The notes under the pieces: generated by a model | The model's input: only the letters and a program-made list of their open reading frames with translations | Told to the model about the DNA's origin: nothing | Database searches by the model: none | In this document: piece by piece, positions 29,946 to 39,311 of the stretch | Layout: every line of letters starts with the position of its first letter | Position numbering within the stretch: the first letter of the stretch is position 1 | Assembly (NCBI GenBank): GCA_017478245.1 | Contig: JAFVDW010000009.1 | Span: forward strand, 970-64,969 | Reading direction: 5' to 3' | Length of the DNA stretch: 64,000 nucleotides | Origin: Lachnospiraceae bacterium | Lineage (GTDB): Bacteria > Bacillota > Clostridia > Lachnospirales > Lachnospiraceae | Program-made: the position numbers and the translations under genes

Positions 29946-32900
29946 TTATTTAACTGCCTCCGTAACGATTGCGGTATCTCTTCTTCCGCTCTCATTAAGA
30001 GGTGTGTAACCGAACATATAGGATACAGTGCTGCCCTCTGCCTTTACAGTAAAGGTATAGTAACCTTCCTTATCGCCGGTTCTGTTCATTGCTGCACCTG
30101 CAAGCTGCCACAACTGAGGATTGGTCTTGTCAAAGCCCCAGAATACCAGAGGAGTTGCCTCATTCTCATTTGCGTAGATGTAGAAAGTCAATGTACCATC
30201 AGCATTGCGCTTTACGCCATATTCCCCTTCTACTTCCTCTACCACCTCTGCAACCGGTGCTGTCATAGCAGATACCTTGGTGCTGAAGATCTCGGAATCA
30301 ATTCTTCCGCCTGCGTTTAACGGTGTGTAGCTGAACATATAATTCATTACATCGCTTGCTGCATAGCTCTCTGTAGTAGTGAAGCTAAAGTAGTTGTCTC
30401 CCAGGCTTGCATCCTTTGTCAAAGCAAGACCTGCAAGCTGCCATAACTGAGGATTGGTCTTATTTACACCCCAGTAGAGCATAGGTGCAAAGCTGGTATC
30501 CTCTGCCTTCACATAGAAGGTAATGGTTCCATCATTATTCTGGAATGCTCCAAGCTCATCGTTCACCTGTACTGTGCCAGTGTTACCTGTGCTGCCGGTA
30601 TTATCACTTTCATTGCCACCCTGATTCTGATTCTCATTAGAATCATCCTGCTTCTGATCGTTACCGGTCTGTGTCTCGTTTCCGCCGGTCTGAGTACTTT
30701 CATTTGCCTTCGCATCAGACAGCTTCTGACTGGTAATTGCAGAATCAATTCTACCGCTTCCGCCCAGCGGTGTATAACTAAACAGATAAGAAATCACGTC
30801 ACTTGCTGCATAAGCTGCACCAGTTGTATATGTAAAATAATTCTCCCCATAAGAAGCATCCTTTTTCAGGAATGCACCTGCCATCTTGTAAAGTGCAGGA
30901 TCATCTAAATTAGCTCCGTAGTAAACCATAGGACCAAAAGCGGTATCCTCTGCCTTCACATAGAAGGTAATGGTTCCATCACTGTTCTGATGTACACCGC
31001 TCTCTGCAGTAGGAACAAAGGTATCCTCTACGGGTTCTACCGGGTCAACAGGATCATCTTTGCCGGGTTCTACCGGATCAACAGGATCCTCTGTACCAGG
31101 GTCTACCGGGTCAACAGTCACCTCTTCTGCCCCCTTGGTAACTGTGACTACGCAGGATGCGCTCAAGCTGCTGTTTGCAGTAGAACTAGCTGTGATGAGA
31201 GCAGTGCCTTCACCCACTGCGGTCACCTGACCTGCGCTTACTGTAGCGACTGCTTCGTTAGAAGAAGTCCACTCAACATTTCTCTGTGTTGTATTGCTCG
31301 GTGTATAAACCTTATTCAAGTTAGTGGTCTGACCTACATTCAGTCTTACGGATGCTTTATCCAGTCCTAAACCTGTAATTGCTATCGTCTCGGGTTCCCA
31401 AGTTCCCTCTTCCTTGTAAACTCGCACATAGTCAACTAACATCTCTGCTGATGTGAAGCTGCTGTCAGGTACTACGCCTCCATCGAACCATCCGCCTACT
31501 GCCAGGTTCATGATAATATAGAAATCCTGGTCGAACGGTGCGGTATCAGAGCTGGAACCTAAGGAGTACCACTGACTCTTAGGGATGTACTCGAAGAACT
31601 CACCATCTACATAGAAGGTAATGTTATCTTCCTCCCAAATACAGCTATATACATGATATCCATCATCAAAGGTTGAGCCATCCGGGAAGATATAATCCAG
31701 TCCGGTATATTTGTTGTTCGGCCAAGCTCCACCGTAGTGAAGTGTACCACTGGTGGAATTAGTCACACGACCTCTTGCCTCCATAACATCAATCTCGCCG
31801 GAAGCTGCCCAGGTACCATAGGTATCATCATTGGGAAGCAGCCAAAGTGCGGGCCACAGACCCTTACCTGCGGGAAGCTTTGCACGGAAATCAATACGTC
31901 CATAGGTAAAGGATACCTTATCCTTGGAAATAAGCTTTCCTGAGGAATAATCTGCTGTCACCTTAGTCTGTGCTGCATCAGTACAGGTAAAGGTATAAGG
32001 CTCATATTTTGCAACTAAGTGCAAATCACCATTTGCCACATAAGTATTACTTGCGCTATCAGTATAGTATTCTTTCTCATTGTTTCCCCAACCAAAAGTG
32101 TTAGGGTCGGAGGGGTCAAGGAAATAACCTGTGTTGTAGCTCCAGCTATCCATATCTACGGAATTGCCATCGAACTCATCGTTGTAGTAAAGAACCCAAC
32201 CGTCCAGTGCATTTGCATCACTGCCTGCACCACCTACGGTGATATTTTCAATTACTACGTCCTCAGGACGATATGCGTTGGGAGCACCTACAAACTGATA
32301 CTCAATATAGTTGTTATTTACTGCGCCGCCTGCCTGACCGTTCTCAGGATATCCAATACGAAGCTTGAAGTCCTCGGTTACAGGCTGGAACCAGAGACCA
32401 TATACATAATCATCGAAATAGCCCCACTGATTCTTAGCGGAATAGTTGATGTAACCATTTCCCTGATAGTACCAACCGCTTGCTGCACTGTTGGTGAACT
32501 CTACCCAATCAGAACCATTGTAATACTGGATTACAAAGTTGTCTAATTCCTTGTTGGTAGGAAGGTAATCATCACCGGTTCCTCCCAGGAAAGGAAATAC
32601 TACGCCGCAAGCTCCGGTGGAGGAATCTGCTGTGATGGTAGTGGAACCATTTGCATATACCTGATAGCTGCTTCTTGCAGTATCAGAATAGGTGATGGTA
32701 TAAACGGTGTTGATATTCTCATAGCCCTTCAATGCTACCTTTACATTGATGGAACCGCTATCTTCTACCTTGAACCAATAGCCATACTGCTCAATACCAA
32801 AATTGGTGTCATAAATCCATCCGCTTTCGGGATTGTTGTCGATATTCACATATGCGCTATCTGCCTCATTTACACCTTTTACATATACTACAAGGCTATC

Positions 32901-33482
32901 AGCATCTGTAGGGTAGCTGCCACCATTTGCAATCGCATTGGGGAAAGCAATAAATCCGCTACCGGTACGATTGGCAGAAATTGTTGCACCTGCAACAGGT
33001 GACAATGCTGTTACACTAGCTGCATCTGTGGTATTTAAGATCAAAGTATAATCCAGTGTCACACTGGGATTGGACTTGGAATAGAGCTGTAAGTAAGTTG
33101 TCTCGCTTACCTTAAACCAGTAGCCGTTGAATCCGCTGTCAGACCAATGACCCCAGTTGCTGTTGTAGACAAAACTGTCCACAGAGTCAATGTCAACCCA
33201 CTGTCCGTTTACCTTAACATTCACGGAGAGGTCGTTCACTACTTCGCTCCAGGTATTCGCACCGCCGTTGAAAGTCGGCATCTGGAATCCAAAGCTGGCT
33301 TCATTCATACCGGACGCTGTGAAAGTCGGACCGTCTTTGTAAGCCATAGAAGTGATTGTAGCACTCTGTGTTGTCTCAGCGTTCACAGTGAGAGCAGTAG
33401 TCGGCGCAACCCCCGTTACTGCCAATGCTGCTGCCATCAGTACACTCAGACAAAGTTTCTTCCATTGGAACCTTCTCTTCAT
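29946..33482 (-). CDS. Secreted GH16 endo-beta-1,3-glucanase (GlcA-type N-terminal region, GH16, one Big_2, three ~95-aa repeats)
   Basis: Signal peptide; NWGHWSDSGFNGYWF and QWGYFDDYVYGLWFQP as remembered from B. circulans GlcA; WPALWLLP, SGEIDVME catalytic motif; no SLH. Confidence 0.9.
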   Translation of the reverse strand: MKRRFQWKKLCLSVLMAAALAVTGVAPTTALTVNAETTQSATITSMAYKDGPTFTASGMNEASFGFQMPTFNGGANTWSEVVNDLSVNVKVNGQWVDIDSVDSFVYNSNWGHWSDSGFNGYWFKVSETTYLQLYSKSNPSVTLDYTLILNTTDAASVTALSPVAGATISANRTGSGFIAFPNAIANGGSYPTDADSLVVYVKGVNEADSAYVNIDNNPESGWIYDTNFGIEQYGYWFKVEDSGSINVKVALKGYENINTVYTITYSDTARSSYQVYANGSTTITADSSTGACGVVFPFLGGTGDDYLPTNKELDNFVIQYYNGSDWVEFTNSAASGWYYQGNGYINYSAKNQWGYFDDYVYGLWFQPVTEDFKLRIGYPENGQAGGAVNNNYIEYQFVGAPNAYRPEDVVIENITVGGAGSDANALDGWVLYYNDEFDGNSVDMDSWSYNTGYFLDPSDPNTFGWGNNEKEYYTDSASNTYVANGDLHLVAKYEPYTFTCTDAAQTKVTADYSSGKLISKDKVSFTYGRIDFRAKLPAGKGLWPALWLLPNDDTYGTWAASGEIDVMEARGRVTNSTSGTLHYGGAWPNNKYTGLDYIFPDGSTFDDGYHVYSCIWEEDNITFYVDGEFFEYIPKSQWYSLGSSSDTAPFDQDFYIIMNLAVGGWFDGGVVPDSSFTSAEMLVDYVRVYKEEGTWEPETIAITGLGLDKASVRLNVGQTTNLNKVYTPSNTTQRNVEWTSSNEAVATVSAGQVTAVGEGTALITASSTANSSLSASCVVTVTKGAEEVTVDPVDPGTEDPVDPVEPGKDDPVDPVEPVEDTFVPTAESGVHQNSDGTITFYVKAEDTAFGPMVYYGANLDDPALYKMAGAFLKKDASYGENYFTYTTGAAYAASDVISYLFSYTPLGGSGRIDSAITSQKLSDAKANESTQTGGNETQTGNDQKQDDSNENQNQGGNESDNTGSTGNTGTVQVNDELGAFQNNDGTITFYVKAEDTSFAPMLYWGVNKTNPQLWQLAGLALTKDASLGDNYFSFTTTESYAASDVMNYMFSYTPLNAGGRIDSEIFSTKVSAMTAPVAEVVEEVEGEYGVKRNADGTLTFYIYANENEATPLVFWGFDKTNPQLWQLAGAAMNRTGDKEGYYTFTVKAEGSTVSYMFGYTPLNESGRRDTAIVTEAVK

Positions 33483-33794
33483 TTTTTTCTCCTCCAATAC
33501 ATTATACAGCACATCTTGGTCACATTTCCTAACCCCTTAAAAAATATGACCTGTTTCAAAATGTAACTTGATTTTACGCTATTGCATTTGCGGGAGAAGT
33601 ATTTTTTTTTGGTGTAAAGTTCCTTTTTTTTAGTTGCTTTTTTTCAACTTGTATATTTTTTCTAAAGAATGGCATCCTCGATTGTGCAAAATTATAAATA
33701 AATATAACGGATTTTTCTGTGGTATTCCTTTAATTCGTTAAAGTGTACATAATGCTTCAAGTAGAAAAATTTCATTTTGTATAAACAAACAACC

Positions 33795-33827
33795 CCGGTA
33801 AGTTAGCACGAATATCTAACCTACCGG
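33795..33827 (-). terminator. Terminator after second GH16 gene
   Basis: CCGGTAAGTTAG-N9-CTAACCTACCGG stem followed by T-rich tail on minus strand. Confidence 0.6.
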
Positions 33828-33863
33828 AGCCGTTTTATGTTTTTCTAATCCACATGTTTAGTA

Positions 33864-36800
33864 TTAGTTTGTATTTGCCTGAACTACCTTCATCATCATG
33901 GATGCACACTCAGCGCGTGTTGCATTGCCAATCGGATCCAATCTCATTTCAGACTTAGCAGCTCCTGCCTTGCCTTTTCCGCTCATGACACCCTGGGAAA
34001 CTGCCCAGCTCAAAGCTTCTTTCGCATAATCGCTCACCTTTGCAGAATCGGAGAAGTCATCAATGATTCCATCCGTAATGGTGGTATCATAGTTGTTCAG
34101 CTTTGCATAGCTGTAAAGCATCACTGCAAGATCCTGACGCGTAATATTCTTGCCGACACCAAAGGTGCCTTTACCTGTACCGCTTGCAATCTTATTCTCA
34201 TTTGCCCACTTAACAGCATTGACATACCACTGTCCTGCCTTCACATCCGGAAAGTCCTTTGCTGTTCCGTTTAAAGCAGGGCTGCCGGAAGAATTATACA
34301 AGGTCTGTACGAACTCTTCACGGGTAATATTCCCTTCAGGTCGGAAGTTGGTACCCTTACCTGCCATAATGCCGTTATCGTATACGAACTGTACCGCACT
34401 TACCCACCACTGACCTTCTTTTATATCATCAAATACGTTGACCACGGATTCCTTGGGTTCGGGTTCAGGTTCGGGTTCGGGCTCCGGCTTTTCTGTCAAT
34501 CCCTTCCATGCACTATTCAGTGTTGCCAGTGCGCTATCTACTTCACTCTGGGTTGCTGCTTCTTTTGCAAGTACTTCCTTCGCTGCAGTCAGCGCTGCTT
34601 GTAAAGCTGCTACTGTCTCATCAGTATAGCTTGTTGTATCCAGTTGCTCACAGGTATTAACCGCTGCCTGCAATGCACTTTTATCTACAACCGGCTCCGG
34701 CTTCTCTGTCAAATCATCCTTTGCTTTGTTCAATGCTGCCAGTGCACTATCTACTTCACTTTGAGTTGCTGCTTCTTTTGCAAGCACTTCCTTCGCTGCA
34801 GTCAGTGCTGCTTGTAAGGCTGCTACTGTCTCATCAGTATAGCTTGTTGTATCCAGTTGCTCGCAGGTATTAACCGCTGCCTGCAATGCACTCTTATCTA
34901 CCGTTACCGGTTCAGGGTCTTCCGGTGTGGAAGAAGCCTTCAAGGTCTCATTTACAATGGGGCTGTCTTGTCTGCCGGTGCCGGATACCGGAACATAACC
35001 GTACATATAAGAAATTACATCGCCTTCTTTATAGGTTGCCGTCGTGGTGAAGCTATAATAATTTTCTCCTAACGCAGCATCTGCTTTCAGGTTCTCTCCC
35101 ATGAGCTTGGATAGCGTAGGATTTTCAATATTGCTGCCATAGTAAAGCATGGGACCGGGTGTGGAATCTTGTGCTTTCACATAGAAAGTAAGGGTCTTGT
35201 CCTCATTCCAGGTCATTCCGTATTCCGTGGAAGGCACTACCGGATCGTCCCCGCCGGAGCTATCCTTGGATACGGTTACCGTACAAGTTGCTTTCGCTTT
35301 ACTGTTTGCAGTGGAAGTAACCGTAATCGTCGCAGTTCCTTCACCCACTGCGATAATTTTTCCATCACTTACCGTTGCCACCTTGTCATCGCTGGTTGTC
35401 CACGTTACATCCTTCTGTGTTGTATTCGTGGGAACGTATGCCAATGTTAAGGACTCACTCTCTCCTACCTTCAGCGCAACAGAGGATTTGCTCAATCCTA
35501 ATGCACTAACTGCTACTTCATCATCTGGTGTACTATCCTTGGATACGGTTACCGCACAAGTTGCTTTCACTGTATCGTTCGCGGTAGATATAACCGTGAT
35601 TGTTGCAATTCCTTCACCCACTGCGGTAATCTTTCCGCCGCTTACCGTTGCCACCTTATCATTACTGGTAGTCCAGGTTACATCCTTTTGTGTAGTATTG
35701 GAAGGTGTATAGGAGACTGTCAGTGTCTCATCGCCTCCCACCTTCAGTTCAACAGAAGACTTATTCAATTTCAGTGCGGTAACTGCTACCTCCTGCGGCT
35801 CCTCCGCCTTCGTTACGGTTACCGTACAGGTTGCTTTCGCTTTACTGTTTGCAGTGGAAGTAACCGTAATGGTTGCAGTTCCCTCACCTACTGCAGTAAT
35901 CTTTCCACCGCTTACCGTTGCCACCTTGTCATTACTGGTAGTCCAGGTTACGGTTTTCTGAGTGGTATTGGAAGGGGTAAGCACTTTATTCAAAGTGTAT
36001 GTTTCTCCCACCTGCAAATCAACAGAAGTCTTGTCCAGACCCAATGCCTCAATCGCTACTTCCTCTTCAGGCTCCCAGGTGCCTTCCTTTTTGTACACGC
36101 GCACATAATCTACCAACATCTCAGCCGATGTAAAATCTGACTCCGGCAGGATATCATCATCAAACCAACCGCCCACTGCCAGGTTCATAACAATGTAGAA
36201 ATCCTGATCAAAGGGTGCAGTATCGGAACCGGAATTTGCGGACCACCACTTTGACTTAGGAACAAAGGAATAGAAGTTGCCATCCACATACCATGTGATA
36301 TTGTCTTCCTCCCAGATTGCACTGTATACATGATATCCATCGTCAAAGCCGGAGCCCTCCGGGAACTCATAATCCAAGCCTGTGTGCTTATTGTCCGGCC
36401 AGGTTCCGCCATAGTGGATTGTACCAGTCACAACGCCGGGAGTTCTGCCTCTTGCCTCCATGACATCCAACTCTCCGGAGCATGCCCATGTACCGTAGAC
36501 ATTGTCATTGGGAAGCATCCAGAGTGCAGGCCACAAGCCCTGTCCGGCAGGAAGCTTTGCACGGAAATCAATTCGTCCATAGGTAAATTTCACTTTATCT
36601 TTGGAAATAACTTTGGCAGAGGAGTAACCTGCTGTCACCTGTGTCTGTGCCGCATCTGTACAGGTAAATGTACGAGGCTCATTTTTTGCAATCAAGTGAA
36701 GCGCACCGTCACCCACATAGGAGTTCTCTGCACTGTCGGTATAATACTCCATCTCATTGTTACCCCAGCCTTTCGTACCGGGATCAGAGGGATCAAGGAA

Positions 36801-38165
36801 ATAACCCAGATCATGACTCCAGTAATTGGTATCTAACGCATTACCGTCAAACTCTTCATTGAAGTAAAGCGTCCATCCATCCAACGCGTTGGGATCGCTT
36901 TCCTCCCCGCCTACAATGATGTCACCAACCTCTACATCTACGGGACGGTAAGCATTGGGCGCTCCAACAAAGGAATATTCAACATAATTGGAGCCTACAT
37001 CTCCGCCCTTCTCTCCATTGGAAGGATAACCGATGCGAAGCTTGAAATTCTCCGTTACTGGCTGGAACCATAGACCATATACATAGTCATCGAAATAGCC
37101 CCACTGATTCTTGGAGGAATAATCCACATATCCATCCCCCTGATAATACCAACCACTGGCTGAGCTGTCTGCTAAGTTCACCCAGTTCGTACCATCGTAG
37201 AACTGATATACAAAATTATCCAACTCTGCATTTGTAGGTAGATTATTGGTCTTATCAGTACCGCCAAGCAGCGGAAGCACTACACCGCATGCGCCGGTCT
37301 CAGAGTTCGCAGTAATCGTCGTTCCTTCAAATGCGTATACCTGATAGCTGGAACGCGGCTCTGATGAGTAAGTGATCGTGTATACTCTGCTGACGGTCTC
37401 CTTATCCTTCAATGCCAGTTTGACATTGATAGAACCGGAATCCTTTACCGTAAACCAATATCCATTTTCTTCAATTCCAAAGTTACTATCATAAATCCAA
37501 CCGCTAGCTGCGTTATTATCAATATTGACATATGCGCTGTCGGGATCATCGACACCTTTTACATAAGCCACAAGGTTCGCAGCACCGGTAGGATATGCAA
37601 CACCGTTTGCAATCGCATTGGGGAACGCAATAAAACCGGTTCCGGTACGGCTTGCATTAATCGTATCTCCCTCTTTCGGTGCCAACTCTGTCACACTGGC
37701 TGCATCGGTTTTATTGACAGTCAGTGTATAATCCAACGTCACACTGGGATCTGACTTGGAATACAACTGCAAATAAGTGGTCTCACTCACACGGAACCAA
37801 TAACCATTAGCTCCACCGTCAGACCAGTGACCCCAATTTCGGTTATAAATAAAGCTATCTACGGAGTCAATATCAATCCATTCCCCATCCACTTTTACCT
37901 TTACAGACAAATCCTTGTTGACCTCACTCCAAGTATTCGCCTTGTTATTGAAGAACGGCATACGGAATCCAAAGCTTACTGCGTCCATTGCATTGGCTGC
38001 AAAATTAGGACCATCATCGTAAGCCATAGATGTAATCGTAACGCTCGTCTCCTCAGCATGCGCCGTAAGAGCAGCCGCAGGCAATACATCCGGCGCTATC
38101 AGTGCCAGCGACAATGCCAGTGACATGCCGATACAAAGCTTTTTCCATTTGGACTTTTTCTTCAT
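33864..38165 (-). CDS. Cell-surface GH16 endo-beta-1,3-glucanase (GlcA-type N-term, GH16, three Big_2, one ~95-aa module, two FIVAR, three SLH)
   Basis: Signal peptide; SGELDVME; FDDIKEGQWWVSAV...ITREEF, FPDVKAGQWY...ITRQDL, ATRAECA SLH motifs; PEPEPE linker. Confidence 0.92.
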   Translation of the reverse strand: MKKKSKWKKLCIGMSLALSLALIAPDVLPAAALTAHAEETSVTITSMAYDDGPNFAANAMDAVSFGFRMPFFNNKANTWSEVNKDLSVKVKVDGEWIDIDSVDSFIYNRNWGHWSDGGANGYWFRVSETTYLQLYSKSDPSVTLDYTLTVNKTDAASVTELAPKEGDTINASRTGTGFIAFPNAIANGVAYPTGAANLVAYVKGVDDPDSAYVNIDNNAASGWIYDSNFGIEENGYWFTVKDSGSINVKLALKDKETVSRVYTITYSSEPRSSYQVYAFEGTTITANSETGACGVVLPLLGGTDKTNNLPTNAELDNFVYQFYDGTNWVNLADSSASGWYYQGDGYVDYSSKNQWGYFDDYVYGLWFQPVTENFKLRIGYPSNGEKGGDVGSNYVEYSFVGAPNAYRPVDVEVGDIIVGGEESDPNALDGWTLYFNEEFDGNALDTNYWSHDLGYFLDPSDPGTKGWGNNEMEYYTDSAENSYVGDGALHLIAKNEPRTFTCTDAAQTQVTAGYSSAKVISKDKVKFTYGRIDFRAKLPAGQGLWPALWMLPNDNVYGTWACSGELDVMEARGRTPGVVTGTIHYGGTWPDNKHTGLDYEFPEGSGFDDGYHVYSAIWEEDNITWYVDGNFYSFVPKSKWWSANSGSDTAPFDQDFYIVMNLAVGGWFDDDILPESDFTSAEMLVDYVRVYKKEGTWEPEEEVAIEALGLDKTSVDLQVGETYTLNKVLTPSNTTQKTVTWTTSNDKVATVSGGKITAVGEGTATITVTSTANSKAKATCTVTVTKAEEPQEVAVTALKLNKSSVELKVGGDETLTVSYTPSNTTQKDVTWTTSNDKVATVSGGKITAVGEGIATITVISTANDTVKATCAVTVSKDSTPDDEVAVSALGLSKSSVALKVGESESLTLAYVPTNTTQKDVTWTTSDDKVATVSDGKIIAVGEGTATITVTSTANSKAKATCTVTVSKDSSGGDDPVVPSTEYGMTWNEDKTLTFYVKAQDSTPGPMLYYGSNIENPTLSKLMGENLKADAALGENYYSFTTTATYKEGDVISYMYGYVPVSGTGRQDSPIVNETLKASSTPEDPEPVTVDKSALQAAVNTCEQLDTTSYTDETVAALQAALTAAKEVLAKEAATQSEVDSALAALNKAKDDLTEKPEPVVDKSALQAAVNTCEQLDTTSYTDETVAALQAALTAAKEVLAKEAATQSEVDSALATLNSAWKGLTEKPEPEPEPEPEPKESVVNVFDDIKEGQWWVSAVQFVYDNGIMAGKGTNFRPEGNITREEFVQTLYNSSGSPALNGTAKDFPDVKAGQWYVNAVKWANENKIASGTGKGTFGVGKNITRQDLAVMLYSYAKLNNYDTTITDGIIDDFSDSAKVSDYAKEALSWAVSQGVMSGKGKAGAAKSEMRLDPIGNATRAECASMMMKVVQANTN
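34489..34905 (-). repeat. Intragenic tandem duplication of FIVAR module (213-bp period)
   Basis: Near-identical DNA: TCAGTATAGCTTGTTGTATCCAGTTGCTC at 34621 and 34834; protein VDKSALQAAVNTCEQLDTTSYT... twice. Confidence 0.85.
35265..36055 (-). repeat. Three Big_2 (Ig-like) repeats
   Basis: PSNTTQKxVTWTTSxDKVATVSxGKIxAVGEG three times. Confidence 0.85.
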
Positions 38166-38273
38166 TGACTTTCTTCTCCTTTACTACATTTTGGACAAAA
38201 TGGAATCCTGTCTCTATTTTACCTTATTTTCACTTCCGTGTAAGTAATTTTTTTTGCACAAAGTGATATTTTT

Positions 38274-39170
38274 CTAGCTGCGGAAATCAAAGCTCTGTCC
38301 CACTATCCTCTCCGCATCTGTCCGCACTGAGGACACAGAAGTTTCATAAGCCGCATCACTAACCTTTCGTAATAGTGCATGCAGGGAAGAGGAACGGTAT
38401 TCTGTATAATTTAGTCTCTCGTTCTTCTCGGCACGCTTCTTTTCTTCTGCTTTCTCCTTTGCTTTCTCATCAGCTTTTTTCTCTGCCTTTTTCTCTGCCC
38501 GTTTTTCAGCAGTCTTTTTGTCGGCAGCTTTTCGGGCTTCCTTCTTCTCGGCTGCTTTCCGCTCAATGCGCTCCTTCTGTGCCTTATTCGCCTCTTCCGT
38601 CACTGCGAAAAAGCTCTTGTTACCGCCTGCGTCCACTGACATTCCGAAATTCTTCACTCCAGCGCCGGTACTGGAAAGCTGATTTTTCATGGCGGCAAGT
38701 TGAGGCTGAGCAGATGCAATGATCCCCTCATATTTCTTGCGGAAGGATTCATCCGTAGCCATGCGCTCCAGCTTTTCCTCATCGATGAGTACCACCATGC
38801 GGTTGCTGTTGCCATACTGAGAGGCATTCTGATGCACCTGGGATTTCATGTCATTGCTCACCAACATGAAATCCAGGTTGTGGAACTTGGACTTAAGCTT
38901 GTCATAATATTCCGCTGCCTTGTCGCTGAGCTGCACATCCCCAATGGTCTTGCCGTATGTCTCATGTGTTGTGGGAATCATGGAACTTGTTACAGATTTT
39001 GCCGACCACGCAGAAGATTTGATCTCCGGCGAAGTGGCTTTGGATCTCGCGGTGTTCTCGCTCTGCTCTGTATTCACAGATGAAGTGCGTTCCATCCGCT
39101 TCGTGTCAGACTGCTGCCACAGGGCAGCACTTTGCTGATAGGCATTAGCGCCATAAACTGTACTACTCAT
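38274..39170 (-). CDS. DUF6033-like protein, charged/helical, no signal peptide
   Basis: YGKTIG..LS..AA.YY..LK.KF, MVVLIDEEKLERMATDESFRKKYEGII; K/E/A-rich tail; ATG 39170 behind GGAGG. Confidence 0.7.
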   Translation of the reverse strand: MSSTVYGANAYQQSAALWQQSDTKRMERTSSVNTEQSENTARSKATSPEIKSSAWSAKSVTSSMIPTTHETYGKTIGDVQLSDKAAEYYDKLKSKFHNLDFMLVSNDMKSQVHQNASQYGNSNRMVVLIDEEKLERMATDESFRKKYEGIIASAQPQLAAMKNQLSSTGAGVKNFGMSVDAGGNKSFFAVTEEANKAQKERIERKAAEKKEARKAADKKTAEKRAEKKAEKKADEKAKEKAEEKKRAEKNERLNYTEYRSSSLHALLRKVSDAAYETSVSSVRTDAERIVGQSFDFRS

Positions 39171-39284
39171 ACACATCTCCTCCTTGATTGTGATAAATAA
39201 TAGCAAGAGAACAAAATCCGTCCCACGAAACAAAATCCGTTTTGTCCCATTGCAGATTCTTTTCGGCTAGTTCTCCTATTCTTT

Positions 39285-39311
39285 ATATCGGCGTTTTCTC
39301 CTGAATCTTTA
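39285..39311 (-). promoter_or_regulatory. sigma-28 (SigD/FliA) promoter
   Basis: TAAA-N15-GCCGATAT exact consensus, overlapping the cls stop codon and pointing into the DUF6033-like gene. Confidence 0.8.

Noticed and set aside
34450-36055. Repeats as a CRISPR array or MITE
   Set aside because: All repeats are in-frame protein modules (PE linker, FIVAR, Big_2) with no spacer structure; no CRISPR array was seen in the window.
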